The notes beneath the pieces were generated by a model. It made no database searches and was not told the DNA's origin. It worked only from the letters and a program-made list of their open reading frames with translations. A stretch of 52,179 nt of DNA, from the NCBI RefSeq assembly GCF_001194135.2, contig NC_068990.1, positions 26,305,296 through 26,357,474 on the forward strand, given 5' to 3'. Every line of letters starts with the position of its first letter. Position 1 is the stretch's first letter. The translations under genes and the position numbers were made by a program. Origin of the DNA: Octopus bimaculoides. Taxonomy: Eukaryota. Positions 23,290 through 34,924 of this stretch are shown in pieces.

Positions 23290-23520
23290 AGCAGTGAACT
23301 AGCAGAATTTTGAGCATGCAGGACAGAATGGTTAACAGCATTTTATTTGGCTTAACATTCAGAATTCAGATTCCATTAAGGTCAACTTTGCCTTTCATCC
23401 TTTTGGGGGTTGATGAAATAGGTACCAGTTGAGTACTGGGGTCGATGTAATTGACTAAGCCACCTCCCTGAAATTGCTGGCCTTGTGCTAAAATTTGGAA
23501 CTATTAATATTATCATTATA
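23290..23520 (+). mobile_element. SINE family B (tRNA-headed, (TTA)n tail)
   Basis: Central GTCAACTTTGCCTTTCATCCTTT...AAATAGGTACCAG...CTGGGGTCGATGTAATTGAC; tail GGCCTTGTGC...ATTATT. Confidence 0.8.
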
Positions 23521-24160
23521 AGGCAGTGAGCTGGCAGAATCATTATGGCATGGGTAAAGTGCTTAGTGGCTTTTCATTACTCTTTTACTCTTTTACTTCC
23601 TTCAGTCATTTGACTGTGGCCATGCTGGAGCACCGCCTTTAGTCGAGCAAATCGACCCCAGGACTTATTCTTTGTAAGCCTAGTACTTGTTCTATCGGTC
23701 ACTTTTGCCGGACCGCTAGATTATGGGGATGTAAACACACCAGCATCGGTTGTCAAGCGATGTTGGGGGGACAAACACAGACACACAAATATATACACAC
23801 ATACATATATATACACATATATATATACGATAGGCTTCTTTCAGTTTCCATTTACCAAATCCACTCACAAGGCTTTGGTCGGCCCGAGGCTATAGAAGAA
23901 GACACTTGCGCAAGGTGCCAAGCAGTGGGACTGAACCTGAGACCAAGTGGTTGGTAAGCAAGCTATTTACCACACAGCCACTCATTATGTTTTGATTTCA
24001 AATTCTGCTGAGTTTAATTTTTGATTTCCATCCCTTTCGAGGTCAATAAAAATAAGTACCAGTTTAGCACTGGGGTCAGTGTAATTGTCTTCTCCACTTC
24101 CCTCTAAATTACTGGCCTTGTACCAAAATTTGAAACTATTATTATTATTATTATTATTAT
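23521..24160 (+). mobile_element. SINE family B interrupted by a full-length minus-strand SINE A (23578-23983)
   Basis: B head AAGGCAGTGAGCTGGCAGAATC stops at about 23577 and the B body resumes at about 23985. Confidence 0.8.
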
Positions 24161-24430
24161 TGCCTTTGCACAGCTTCTAACGCTGGAGATGTACAATAGT
24201 GTCAGCTGTTCACTACCAGTGAACTAAGGTAACACCCTTTATTTTTCAAGCACCTTCCGGAGTATTCGAGTGGTTCCAAGCAGTACTGTTTTCTGCAAGT
24301 GCTCCACCCTTATTGCAGCCCCTATTTGTTCCATGTACTTCTCAAGATTTTTGTTCACTGTTTCCAGGGCTCCAACAATTATTGGCACTACTGCTACCTT
24401 TTTCATCGAGCACAACTGCTTAACCTCCCA
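24150..24430 (-). mobile_element. R4/Dong LINE 3' fragment (RLE C-terminus) in a (TAA)n tract
   Basis: 24239-24430 on the minus strand reads WEVKQLCSMKKVAVVPIIVGALETVNKNLEKYMEQIGAAIRVEHLQKTVLLGTTRILRKVLEK*; flanked by (ATT)n on both sides. Confidence 0.85.
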
Positions 24431-24460
<30 letters not shown>

Positions 24461-24462
<2 letters not shown>

Positions 24463-24830
24463 GCTTTGCCTTAGCGAAGGCAGAGGTATTGCTTTCAACT
24501 GTGCTTGTTTGTTTGTTTGTCTGTGGACAAGATATCTCAAGAACCGCTGGATGGATTCAGATGACACTCTCAGGGATGTTTGACCTCATGACTGGCACAG
24601 ACTGATTAGATTTTGGAATCGATCCGGTACCAGACAAGGGTTCTGGATTATTTTTCCTGTATTTTTTACTTAATTTTTGAGAGTAGTTGTGTTCATTTGT
24701 AGCATTCTCATTTGTGAGAGCAGTTGAGTTTATTTCAGATATTCTCATTTTAAAAATCATCTCCGGCTAATCGTTGAGAGGACGTTGGTGTTGCTTTGGC
24801 AGAGGTCTGTGCTCTCTGAATGCTTTTGTT
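24461..24830 (+). mobile_element. Helentron/DINE-1-like non-autonomous element
   Basis: 5' hairpin CTTTGCCTT-AGCG-AAGGCAGAG, (GTTT)n/GTCT tract, GATCCGG motif, 3' sub-TIR CTTTGGCAGAGG and 3' stem-loop CAGAG...CTCTG, T-rich flanks. Confidence 0.65.
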
Positions 24831-24849
24831 ATTATTATTATCCAGACAA

Positions 24850-25175
24850 AAAACAAAAAGGCAAAAGAGAGTCACTTACTGTTATAGTTTCTGCAATGAC
24901 AATATTGACCAAGGTTACCGTGGTCTTTTCCGTAGGCTTTTCTTTCCACGGCTAAACCTAAACTGTCCTCCCCTCTTTTTACACGAGAACATTACTGTGA
25001 TACACGATCCTTATTGATCGTTTTTTTTTTTTTCTCGGTCCCTTTTGATCGACACCCACCTCTACCTTTTTTTTTTTTTCTCTTCCTTCCCCCTCCTGAA
25101 AAGAAAAGCTCTACATTGTATTCGTCCCATCTTTGTTGAGCCCTGTGTGGCTAATAAAAGAAATGTATTACTATT
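24850..25175 (+). mobile_element. LINE-like T-rich 3' UTR ending in AATAAA and (TTA)n (related end at 32600-32735)
   Basis: GCCCTGTGTGGCTAATAAAAG versus GCCCCTGTGGCCAATAAAAC; clade not assignable. Confidence 0.45.
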
Positions 25176-25219
25176 ATTATTATCATTATTATTATTATTA
25201 TTATTATTATTACTGCATA

Positions 25220-25455
25220 GGCAGACGGCAGTGAGGCAGCAGAATTATTAGCATGGCGGACAAACTGCTCAATGGCATTTCATCTGTCTTTGCATTCTGG
25301 GTTCAAATTCTGCCAAGGTTAACTTTGCCTTTCATCCTTTCAGGGTTGATGAAATAAGTACCAGTTGAGCACTGGGGGTCAATGTAATTGACTAGCCCTC
25401 TCCCCCAACAAATTTTCAGGTCTTGTGCCTATAATAGAAAGTATCATTATCATTT
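25220..25455 (+). mobile_element. SINE family B
   Basis: GGGTTCAAATTC B-box; GTTAACTTTGCCTTTCATCC central domain. Confidence 0.8.
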
Positions 25456-25461
25456 TTATTA

Positions 25462-25536
25462 TAAGTAGTAGTAGTAGTGGTAGTAGTAGTAGTAGTGGTG
25501 GTAGTAGTAGTAGTAGTGGTAGTAGTAGTAGTAGTG

Positions 25537-25591
<55 letters not shown>

Positions 25592-25723
25592 CAGCAGCAG
25601 CAGTGGTGGTAGTAATAGTAGTAGTAGTAGTAGTAGTAGCAGCAGCAGCGGTAGTAGTAATAGTAGTAGTAGTAATAGTAGTATTAGTAGTGGTAGTGGT
25701 AGTAGTAGCAGTGGTGGAAGTAA

Positions 25724-25758
<35 letters not shown>

Positions 25759-25790
25759 ACAGTAGTAGTAGTGGTAGTGGTAGTAGTAGT
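25462..25790. repeat. (TAG)n/(TGG)/(CAG) compound trinucleotide microsatellite
   Basis: Direct inspection. Confidence 0.95.
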
Positions 25791-26084
25791 ATTTTCAATG
25801 TGGATAATAATGTTGTTGTTGTTTGCTAGAGAGTGAGGTTGTAGTTGTCAGCACTGATTAGCATTATTGTGAGTTTAATGTAGTTGGAGCATAAAGTTCC
25901 TGACCCCTAACCCAGTTACTTTATCAGCAGGAAGCCCCCACAATCAGATTACTACTGTTTCTGGTAATTCTTTACTAAATTGTAAGAACATCCGTGAAGA
26001 CAGGGCTAATCTCTGCTGCTGCTGCTGTTGTGTAATCCTAGGCTAATACTTATTTGAGAAGGTCTCTAATGAAAGCTATCCAAA

Positions 26085-26495
26085 AGGCGCAGGAGTGGCT
26101 GTGTGGTAAGTAGCTTGCTTACCAACCACATGGTTCCGGGTTCAGTCCCACTGCATGGCACCTTGGGCAAGTGTCTTCTACTATAGCCTCGGGCTGACCA
26201 AAGCCTTGTGAGTGGATTTGGTAGACGGAAAACTGAAAGAAGCCCGTCGTATATATGTATATGTATATGTATATGTGTGTGTGTTTGTGTCTGTGTTTGT
26301 CTCCCCACCATCGCTTGACAACAGATAGTGGTGTGTTTACGTCCCCGTAACTTAGTGGTTCGGCAAAAGAGACCAATAGAATAAGTACTAGGCTTCCAAA
26401 GAATAAGTCCTGGGGTCGATTTGCTCGACTAAAGGCGGTGCTCCAGCACGGTCACAGTCAAATGATTGAATCAAGTAAAAGAGTAAAAGAGTAAA
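26085..26495 (+). mobile_element. SINE family A, full length
   Basis: AGGCGCAGGAGTGGCTGTGTGGTAAG head to (GTAAAAGA)n tail. Confidence 0.9.
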
Positions 26496-26625
26496 CTAGG
26501 AACAATCCTGGTTTTGTGGGGTTTCTGCAAGCAGCCCTTGGAAATCTCCCTCTTTTGGGGATTCATTTGTTATAATATTTTTATTAAATCTCTGAGTTAG
26601 GTATAAACAGTAGTTGCATGACATC

Positions 26626-26860
26626 GTGAAGTATATTTGCCACCTAAATGTGGCTAACCCCTTAAGGGTTGATGCTACTGTAGCTTTTAGCCCCAGGAAG
26701 ACATCTCCTGCAGCTGGCTATTGACACACTTTCTGTGCCTTATCAGTATTTGCAAAGTGTGTCAATAGCCAGCTGCAGGAGATGTCTTCCTGGGGCTACA
26801 AGCTACAGTAGCATTGACCCTTAAGGGGTTAGCCACATTTAGGTGGCAAATATACTTCAC
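26626..26860. repeat. Near-perfect inverted repeat: 107 bp arms, 21 bp spacer
   Basis: 26626-26732 is the reverse complement of 26754-26860 with 3 differences. Confidence 0.95.
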
Positions 26861-26999
26861 AATATTTTTATTGTTATTCCCTTTTTACATGATTCAATCC
26901 CACTCTATATTTGTATTGTATTGTCCTGTATGATCCCTAATCTCTTATATAAAACATCAGTGGTTAATATAGAAAGGATTATTATTATTATTATTATTG

Positions 27000-27540
27000 A
27001 GTGAGAGAGCAGTGCATGTCATCAAAGTGACATTGGGGTATAAATGCACTCACACGTACACTGATAAGGGGACACTAGGCACATGCATCACATGTGTGCA
27101 ACATGGTGATCTCATATCAAGATAAACAGCACATGACCTCGCAGGTGGGGCACAGTTACAATTTTCTTCAGGTCGAGTAGCCCATCCTGCCAAAAAGGTT
27201 CCTGATGAAGGTTTGTTTGAAGGACGATGAACGAAACACTCATATTTCCAGAGGTAAATTATTCAAACCCCAAAGAATTCCTCTCAACATGTGGCTATGA
27301 TGCTCCCCCACTACTTCTGCTCATGATCAGAGATGCACATATCATCAGCCACCAAGGGACATACTCAACTGGTTTAAGGTCAAACAACTGACAAGCAAAT
27401 CTGGGGTATTGAGCAGAATATTTGCTGTAGCCCATCTTTTATACCAAGATAAAACAATGTACATGATAACACTTCCAATCAATTAAGATCAGAAGCTATG
27501 AGAGCCAATACTTGGTTGGTACTGCATCAGAGCATTTATT
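27000..27540. repeat. Unclassified element of about 540 bp embedded in a (TTA)n tract
   Basis: Complex sequence bounded by (ATT)n on both sides, like the neighbouring Dong and SINE B insertions; single copy here. Confidence 0.4.
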
Positions 27541-28222
27541 ATTATTATTATTACTATTATTATTATCATTATTAAGAAGCAAAAAAAAAGAAGAGTGCCA
27601 ATGAAGTAGNNNNNNNNNNNNNNNNNNNNNNNNNNNNNNNNNNNNNNNNNNNNNNNNNNNNNNNNNNNNNNNNNNNNNNNNNNNNNNNNNNNNNNNNNNN
27701 NNNNNNNNNNNNNNNNNNNNNNNNNNNNNNNNNNNNNNNNNNNNNNNNNNNNNNNNNNNNNNNNNNNNNNNNNNNNNNNNNNNNNNNNNNNNNNNNNNNN
27801 NNNNNNNNNNNNNNNNNNNNNNNNNNNNNNNNNNNNNNNNNNNNNNNNNNNNNNNNNNNNNNNNNNNNNNNNNNNNNNNNNNNNNNNNNNNNNNNNNNNN
27901 NNNNNNNNNNNNNNNNNNNNNNNNNNNNNNNNNNNNNNNNNNNNNNNNNNNNNNNNNNNNNNNNNNNNNNNNNNNNNNNNNNNNNNNNNNNNNNNNNNNN
28001 NNNNNNNNNNNNNNNNNNNNNNNNNNNNNNNNNNNNNNNNNNNNNNNNNNNNNNNNNNNNNNNNNNNNNNNNNNNNNNNNNNNNNNNNNNNNNNNNNNNN
28101 NNNNNNNNNNNNNNNNNNNNNNNNNNNNNNNNNNNNNNNNNNNNNNNNNNNNNNNNNNNNNNNNNNNNNNNNNNNNNNNNNNNNNNNNNNNNNNNNNNNN
28201 NNNNNNNNNNNNNNNNNNNNNN

Positions 28223-28393
28223 AAATGCTTAACAGTATTTCGCTTGCTGCTACATTCTTAGTTCAAATTCCACCGAGGTTGACTTTGCCTGCCATCCTCT
28301 CGAGGTCAGTAAAATAAGTATCAGAAGAAACACTGGGGTAACCGACCAGTCTCCTCCCCCAAATTTTCAGGCCTTGTGCTTATAGTAGAAAGG

Positions 28394-28430
<37 letters not shown>

Positions 28431-29030
28431 TGGTGAGCTGGTAGAAACGTTAGCCTGTTGAATATGGTGCCTAGTAGCTTTCTGTGTCAATAAAATAAGT
28501 ACCAGTTGAATACTGGGGTGAGTATGATTGACTTTCTTTCTGCCCTTGAAATTTGAGGGGAGGGTGCTGGTCAAGAATTAAGTCAGCAAGTTGGGCAGAA
28601 TCATTGCCACATTGGGCAAGATGCTTAACAGCATTTCATCTGACCCTTATGTCCTGAGTTCAGATTCTGTCAAAGTCAACTTTGCCTTACGTCCTTTTTT
28701 TGTGGTTGATAAAATAGATACCAGTTGAGCACTGGGGTCGATGTGATTGACTCACCCACTCCCTCAAAAATCTAGTGTGAGGGGATTTGGTAAACAGAAA
28801 CTGAAAGAAGCCCATCGTATGTGTGTGTGTCTGTTTGTCCTCTCACCATCTCTTGACAACTGGATTTGGTGATTTTGTGTCTCCATAACTTAGTAATTTG
28901 GCAAAAGAGACCAATAAAATAAATATCATGATCTAAAAAAAAAGAGGTACCGAAGTCGATTTATTCAAACAAAGATTCTCCAAAGTGGTGCCCCAGCATG
29001 GCCGTAGTCTAACAACTGAAACATGAAAAA
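28223..29030 (+). mobile_element. Three tandem SINE B copies followed by a SINE A 3' part
   Basis: B central domain at about 28280, 28490 and 28680; (TTA)n tails; A-type tail CCCCAGCATGGCCGTAGTC at about 28990. Confidence 0.75.
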
Positions 29031-29589
29031 GGTGAGAGATGGAAAGATATATACTAATGCCCCCCCCCCNNNNNNNNNNNNNNNNNNNNNNNNNNNNNNN
29101 NNNNNNNNNNNNNNNNNNNNNNNNNNNNNNNNNNNNNNNNNNNNNNNNNNNNNNNNNNNNNNNNNNNNNNNNNNNNNNNNNNNNNNNNNNNNNNNNNNNN
29201 NNNNNNNNNNNNNNNNNNNNNNNNNNNNNNNNNNNNNNNNNNNNNNNNNNNNNNNNNNNNNNNNNNNNNNNNNNNNNNNNNNNNNNNNNNNNNNNNNNNN
29301 NNNNNNNNNNNNNNNNNNNNNNNNNNNNNNNNNNNNNNNNNNNNNNNNNNNNNNNNNNNNNNNNNNNNNNNNNNNNNNNNNNNNNNNNNNNNNNNNNNNN
29401 NNNNNNNNNNNNNNNNNNNNNNNNNNNNNNNNNTCATCATCATCACCAACATCATTGTAATCGCTCTTATCAGCATCAACATTATTACTGTAATTAGTAT
29501 CAAAATTACTAGTATTATTATAATAATTATGATAATTGATATCATTATCATAACCATAATAATTTATTATTTTTTTTTCCTTCTTTTTT

Positions 29590-29810
29590 CTACTCTAGGC
29601 ACAAGGCCCGAAATTTTTTTTTTGGGGGGGGACCAGTTAATTAGATCGACCCAGTACGTAACTGGTACTTAATTTATCGACCCCTCCCCCCCCACGAAGG
29701 ATGGCAGGCAAAGTTGACCTCGTCGGAATTTGAACTCAGAATGTAAAGACATGAAATACTGCTAAGTATTTCGCCCGGCATGCTAACGTTTCTGCCAGCT
29801 CGCCACCTTA
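29590..29810 (-). mobile_element. SINE family B
   Basis: Reverse complement of the B head (TCTGCCAGCTCGCCACCTT) and central domain. Confidence 0.85.
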
Positions 29811-30153
29811 ATAATAATAATTAATTATTAAAATAATAATTGTTGCCTCCTCCCCTCTCTGCACAGGATGCCTTCTTATTGCTTTATTGTTATTATTTTC
29901 ATTAAGGCATTATTATCATTAATATAACTATTATTATCAATTAATTAATTAATGTAATATATATTATTACAATTCATCCAAATGTGGTTGATGCCAAGTG
30001 CCCTGACCACTAGGGCAAAAGCCCTCTCTCCATCTTTTTCTCTCAGCCTTGGAAACTCAAAAGCGCTTGCTCACAGTGATGATGATAATAATAATAATAA
30101 TAGTTGTATGAACATGTAGCAAACACAGTACCAAACTCTATTCCTGACACTTT

Positions 30154-30288
30154 CGGCTCAACAGGTGGAAGGCCGCATTATCCATCCATATTGCAGCCCT
30201 GTGGAACAAGTTACCACAAGATGTCATTTGACTGCCCACCACTCCCCTGTTCAAAGAGGCTCTGGATAACTGTGGCGACAATGTATAA
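30154..30288 (+). pseudogene. CR1/L2-type LINE ORF2 C-terminal remnant
   Basis: RLNRWKAALSIHIAALWNKLPQDVI*LPTTPLFKEALD resembles the CR1/L2 terminal motif (FS.RV...WN.LP..VV......FK..LD). Confidence 0.65.
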
Positions 30289-30435
30289 AACTGTATATAA
30301 CAATAACTGGGTTTTTTTGTTTTTTGTTTTTTACATGGCTTAAGTACATTGTGCTCTTCTGCTGCCAATAAATTTAATTTAATTTTCTTTGATTTGATTT
30401 GATTTAATTTGATAATGACCTGGCAACAAAAATTT

Positions 30436-30608
30436 GGTGCAGGAGTGGCTGTGTGGTAAGTAGCTTGCTTACCAACCACATGGTTCTGAGTTCAGTCCCA
30501 CTGCGTTGCATCTTAGGCAAGTGTCTTCTACTATAGCCTCGGGCCGACCAAAGCCTTGTGAGTGGATTTGGTTAATGGAAACTAAAAGAAGCCCATCGTA
30601 TATATGTG

Positions 30609-30665
<57 letters not shown>

Positions 30666-30843
30666 TTGTGTGTGTGTGTTTGTCCCCCCCAACATCGCTT
30701 GACAACCGATGCTGGTGTGTTTACGTCCCTGTAAATTAGCNNNNNNNNNNGGCAAGTGTCTTCTACTATAGCCTCGGGCCGACCAAAGCCTTGTGAGTGG
30801 ATTTGGTTAATGGAAACTAAAAGAAGCCCATCGTATATATGTG

Positions 30844-30900
<57 letters not shown>

Positions 30901-31110
30901 TTGTGTGTGTGTGTTTGTCCCCCCCAACATCGCTTGACAACCGATGCTGGTGTGTTTACGTCCCTGTAAATTAGCAGTTCGGCAAAAGAAACTGATAGAA
31001 TAAGTACTAGGCTCACAAAGAATAAGTCCTGGGGTCGATGTGCTCGACAAAAGGCGGTGCTCCAGCATGGCCACAGTCAAATGACTGAAACAAGTAAAAG
31101 AGGGAGTAAG
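30436..31110 (+). mobile_element. SINE family A (225 bp duplicated across a 10-N gap)
   Basis: 30516-30740 is identical to 30751-30975. Confidence 0.85.
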
Positions 31111-31114
31111 AGTA

Positions 31115-31810
31115 TATGACCATCCAAACTGACAAAAAATGTCAAGGTGAACTGTTAAGACACCAATTATAAAACAAACAAGAACACCGAAAGATGTTGC
31201 AATCCATTCTGCTGAAGATATTGTCTGAAAAAAAAGTAGGAAAGCTATCAAAATACAAGGATGTTGAAATTGAAACATTCAAGATGTGGTGCATGAGGGT
31301 GAAAATGGTACAACAAGTAATTGGAGCATTAGGAATGATTTTTAAAAAATATGGCAAGGAATATGGAAGCCATAGCAGAGTTCACAACACTACACACTGC
31401 TTAAAAAATAACTCTGCTTGGAACAACCTACATCTAGTGCAAGATATTGTCAATCCAATGGCTCAAACAGAACACTCCACACACAACACACACACACACT
31501 TTATACAAGAAGCATTGAATAATTTAAAATAACCCAACTCACACAACGTATCCAAGATGAAGACCCATTAAAACAACATGACTCACATTCCACTCACCAC
31601 CAGGTAAAACAGAACAAACACTAAAAGAACAAGAAAGAAGAAAGTAAATCCCATCACAAAACAAACTGATGCCGTCAACCAACAGAAGGAGTCTAGTCTC
31701 TCTCCAATCACAACAAAAATAAGAACTCAATACTGCGCACACACTTCAGGAAGATGGCGGTGCATCAGGTGGTGCAGTTGAAATGCACAAGAAACTGCAG
31801 AAGAAAAAAC
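31115..31810 (+). mobile_element. Degenerate R4/Dong LINE 3' fragment
   Basis: DVAIHSAEDIV*KKVGKLSKYKDVEIETFKMWCMRVKMVQQVIGALGMI, the RLE motif D...EKxxKYxDL..E..RMW.....P.VIGALG; ends at (ATT)n. Confidence 0.75.
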
Positions 31811-31831
31811 ATTATTATCATAATTATCGTT

Positions 31832-32580
31832 AAGGTGGCAAGATGGAAGAATCGTTAGCACACCAGGCAAAATGCTTAGGAGCATTTTAGTTGTCTCTAT
31901 GTTCTGAGTTCAAACTCTGCCGAGGTTGACTATAACTTTCATCCTTTCAGGGGCGATGAAATAAGTACCAGTTATGCACTGGGGTTAATGTAATTGACTA
32001 ACCCCTTCTCCTGAAACTACTGGCCTTGGAACATAATATGGAATCCTTATTATGATCATTCGACAGAATTATTAGCATGCTGAACAAAATGCCTTAAATG
32101 GTATTTTGTCCGTCTTAAACGGGGCTGGCCAACCTGAGGCCCATGGGACACATGTGGCCTGCAGACTTTTATCTTGCAGCCCGTTTGATGCTTTCTTGCT
32201 TGTGTTTAATTTCAAAATAAAATTGTTTGTGTAAAACATTTGTTTCAAAATAAATAAAAAATTTGAAAGTGGCAATAAAACAATAGCCTACAATTTTATA
32301 ATTTTAAACAAACAAAAAACATGAAACTCTCTTCATTCCGTAATTTGATTATTTGACTAAAGTATGCAAGCGGCTCTCAAAAATCTCTCTGTGAGTTAAG
32401 TGACCTGCAATGTAATTTGAGTTAGCCAGACCTGGTCTTTAAATTCTGAGTTCAAATTCCGTTTGCCTTTCATCCTTCCAGGGATGATAAAATACGTACC
32501 AATGAAGCATTGATGCTGATGGAATCAACTGATACCTTTCCCTGAACTTGCTGGCCTGGTGCCAAAATTTGAAACCATTA
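31832..32580 (+). mobile_element. Two SINE B copies, the second interrupted by a hAT MITE
   Basis: B head AAGGTGGCAAGATGG; B body resumes at TTCTGAGTTCAAATTCC after 32442. Confidence 0.75.
32120..32434. mobile_element. hAT (Charlie-like) MITE
   Basis: Ends CGGGGCTGGCCAACCT / GAGTTAGCCAGACCTG; 8 bp TSD GTCTTAAA / GTCTTTAA (7 of 8 match). Confidence 0.7.
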
Positions 32581-32789
32581 TTATTATCATTATTATTATT
32601 ATCTCTCCGTTTTCTTCCTCTGTTTAGATGAACTTTCCTACCTTTTCGGACAAAACCTTTTGTAACCTTCGTCCTGTCTTTGTCCTTACATGTTTTTAAT
32701 TGATATTAGCCCCTGTGGCCAATAAAACGAATTAATTATCATTATTATTATTATTATTATTATTATCATTATTATTATCATTGTTGTTG

Positions 32790-33298
32790 TTGTTTTACTT
32801 CTCAGAACGTTCGATCTTGTTTGTTCTGGTAGATTCTGTGAGAGCAGACAGCAGCCTGCAGTTAGCGGTCTTACACGGTCTTTTTCTGCACATTATAAGC
32901 TCTGATACTTGGTTGTTATTTATCGTGGGAGACATTCAACATCCAAGTACCAATCTCAGAATCCTAGCTGTCCTTTAACAGAGCAGTTTTGGGGGTTTGC
33001 TCTGCTCCCATTCCAATTCCGATTTTTCTGACACATTTCTCAGACTTGGTTGTTAATGCTCCGAGTGCCCTTACAACTATTGGAATGACAGACACTCTCC
33101 CTAATAGTCCACATTCTCTGCAAGTTCGTCTTTTAGTAGTCTGTACTTTTCAATCTTTTCTAATTCTTTGTCAATTCTGCCTGCATCTCTAAGTGTTCCA
33201 ATATCTGTGATCTTCATTTCCCCTTTTTTCCCCTTTATCTACCACAACAGCATCTGGTCTCCGAACCTCAATTAGGGAGTCACATTGGATTGTAAATT
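32790..33298 (-). mobile_element. R4/Dong LINE 3' fragment with restriction-like endonuclease domain (frameshifted)
   Basis: 32936-33298 on the minus strand: FTIQCDSLIEVRRPDAVVVDK / KITDIGTLRDAGRIDKELEKIEKYRLLKDELA / VSVIPIVVRALGAL...KTALL / TARILRLVLGC*. Confidence 0.9.
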
Positions 33299-33574
33299 AC
33301 TACTACTACTACTACTACTACTACAAGACAATGTAAATTGAAATATAAACCTCAAATCAACTCAAGGGTGACGGCAAGACAAATTTAAAATCTCATTTAA
33401 AAAAAAAAATCATACTTATTGTTTTAATAATTGTAATTATTTTAATTAATACGGTGCTTCTCATGTTGTGGTTGTTGCTGTTGTTGTCATTGTTGTCAGC
33501 AGTAACAGTGTAGTAGTAGTAACAGTAATAACAGCAGTTCTAGTAGAATTAGTAGTAATAGTAGTAGTAGTAGT

Positions 33575-33800
33575 AGTAGCTGTTTCACCCAAGGCCAATC
33601 CTGATTCCTGATCTAGGAGACTTAGGATCAAAGGCGTTCCAACCCATGCCCACCCTGCCCTATTCCCTATATGCCATGAATCCAGAGTGGCGTCAATCAA
33701 AGAATCCTTTTTGCTTTTTCAACACAGTGAGAGATGATTTCAAGGACATTTGGCTGCTGCTATTTCTAGCATTTCAAATGACCGCATGGAGACTTCTTTA
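33575..33800 (-). repeat. Interspersed repeat family D (related pieces at 46985-47155, 49285-49395 and 50222-50335)
   Basis: Shared CTAGAAATAGYAGC..ATCTC and GGTCACGGYTGGAA...TTGATC motifs. Confidence 0.55.
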
Positions 33801-34802
33801 GTGGCTTGAGATTGTATAGTAAGAGGCNNNNNNNNNNNNNNNNNNNNNNNNNNNNNNNNNNNNNNNNNNNNNNNNNNNNNNNNNNNNNNNNNNNNNNNNN
33901 NNNNNNNNNNNNNNNNNNNNNNNNNNNNNNNNNNNNNNNNNNNNNNNNNNNNNNNNNNNNNNNNNNNNNNNNNNNNNNNNNNNNNNNNNNNNNNNNNNNN
34001 NNNNNNNNNNNNNNNNNNNNNNNNNNNNNNNNNNNNNNNNNNNNNNNNNNNNNNNNNNNNNNNNNNNNNNNNNGAGGGGGAAGGGGAACAACTCCCCCCC
34101 CCGGTCCTTTTCCCCACCCTGCAGGGCCATTTCTAGTTCATCTATTCTCTTGTCTTTCCTCCCCCTTTTTTTTCCATCCTCACCCCCCCACCACATCACT
34201 TGCCTCCCTTCACATCCTAGAATTGTCTGATGTTACTTTGAAATTCTTCCAGTGAAAGCCTAAGGTGTGATGTGGTGTGGTGTGTGTGAGTTTGTGGGGG
34301 TGTTGTGAGGTTGGAGTGTGAGGGGGGGAACAGAAGTGTATGGGTGGGGGTGAAACCGAAGTGAGTGGAGGGAGCTGGGGCAAGAAGGCAGGGAGGTAAG
34401 AGTTCAGTGATGTGTGTATGTGACTGAGCCAGTGTGAGTGACTAGCGAGAGTGTCTCAATGAGTGTAAATATGACTGAACAAGAGTGAGTGTTACTTAGC
34501 AAGTGCGAGTGTGTCTTAGTGAATGTGACTGAGTGTGGATGTGACCAAGTGAGTGTGACTGAATAAGTGTGAATGTGACTGAGTGTGTCTCAGAGAGTGT
34601 AATTGAGTGTGAGAGTGACCAAGTGAGTGTGAGTGATTTTCCTTTTGAATGAAAATCCTAAATAGCAGGGGCCCAATGTAAGGAAAGCCAGTGATACAGG
34701 AAGGAGATTTGAATCTGCTTTGACCCTTGCAATGGTCAGGGGACAAACTATAAAGTAGGGTCCAAGGAGATTCTAAAAATGTGGACGAAGAAGAATACCA
34801 TT

Positions 34803-34924
34803 TTAACCATTTAGCCTCAAGATCATTCTGCCAAATGATTATGCTTAATTATTCATAATATTTTTAATTAATCATGCATCAACATTTTGATGGTGTGATT
34901 GAGTATTTTTAGAATGACATTGTA
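34803..34924. mobile_element. Left half of a second piggyBac MITE family, interrupted at TA by a mariner
   Basis: TTAA-CCATTTAGC start; TGTGATTG..TATTTTTAGAATGACATTG matches the full copy at 36554-36773. Confidence 0.7.

Noticed and set aside
25379-25836. Poly-S, poly-V and poly-L ORFs
   Set aside because: Translations of a (TAG)n microsatellite.
27202-27237. Second hammerhead-like motif (CTGATGA...CGAAAC)
   Set aside because: No convincing stem II (at best 3 bp) and no stem I or cleavage triplet; probably chance.
30516-30975. 225 bp tandem duplication inside SINE A
   Set aside because: 100% identical and separated by a 10-N placeholder gap; assembly artefact.
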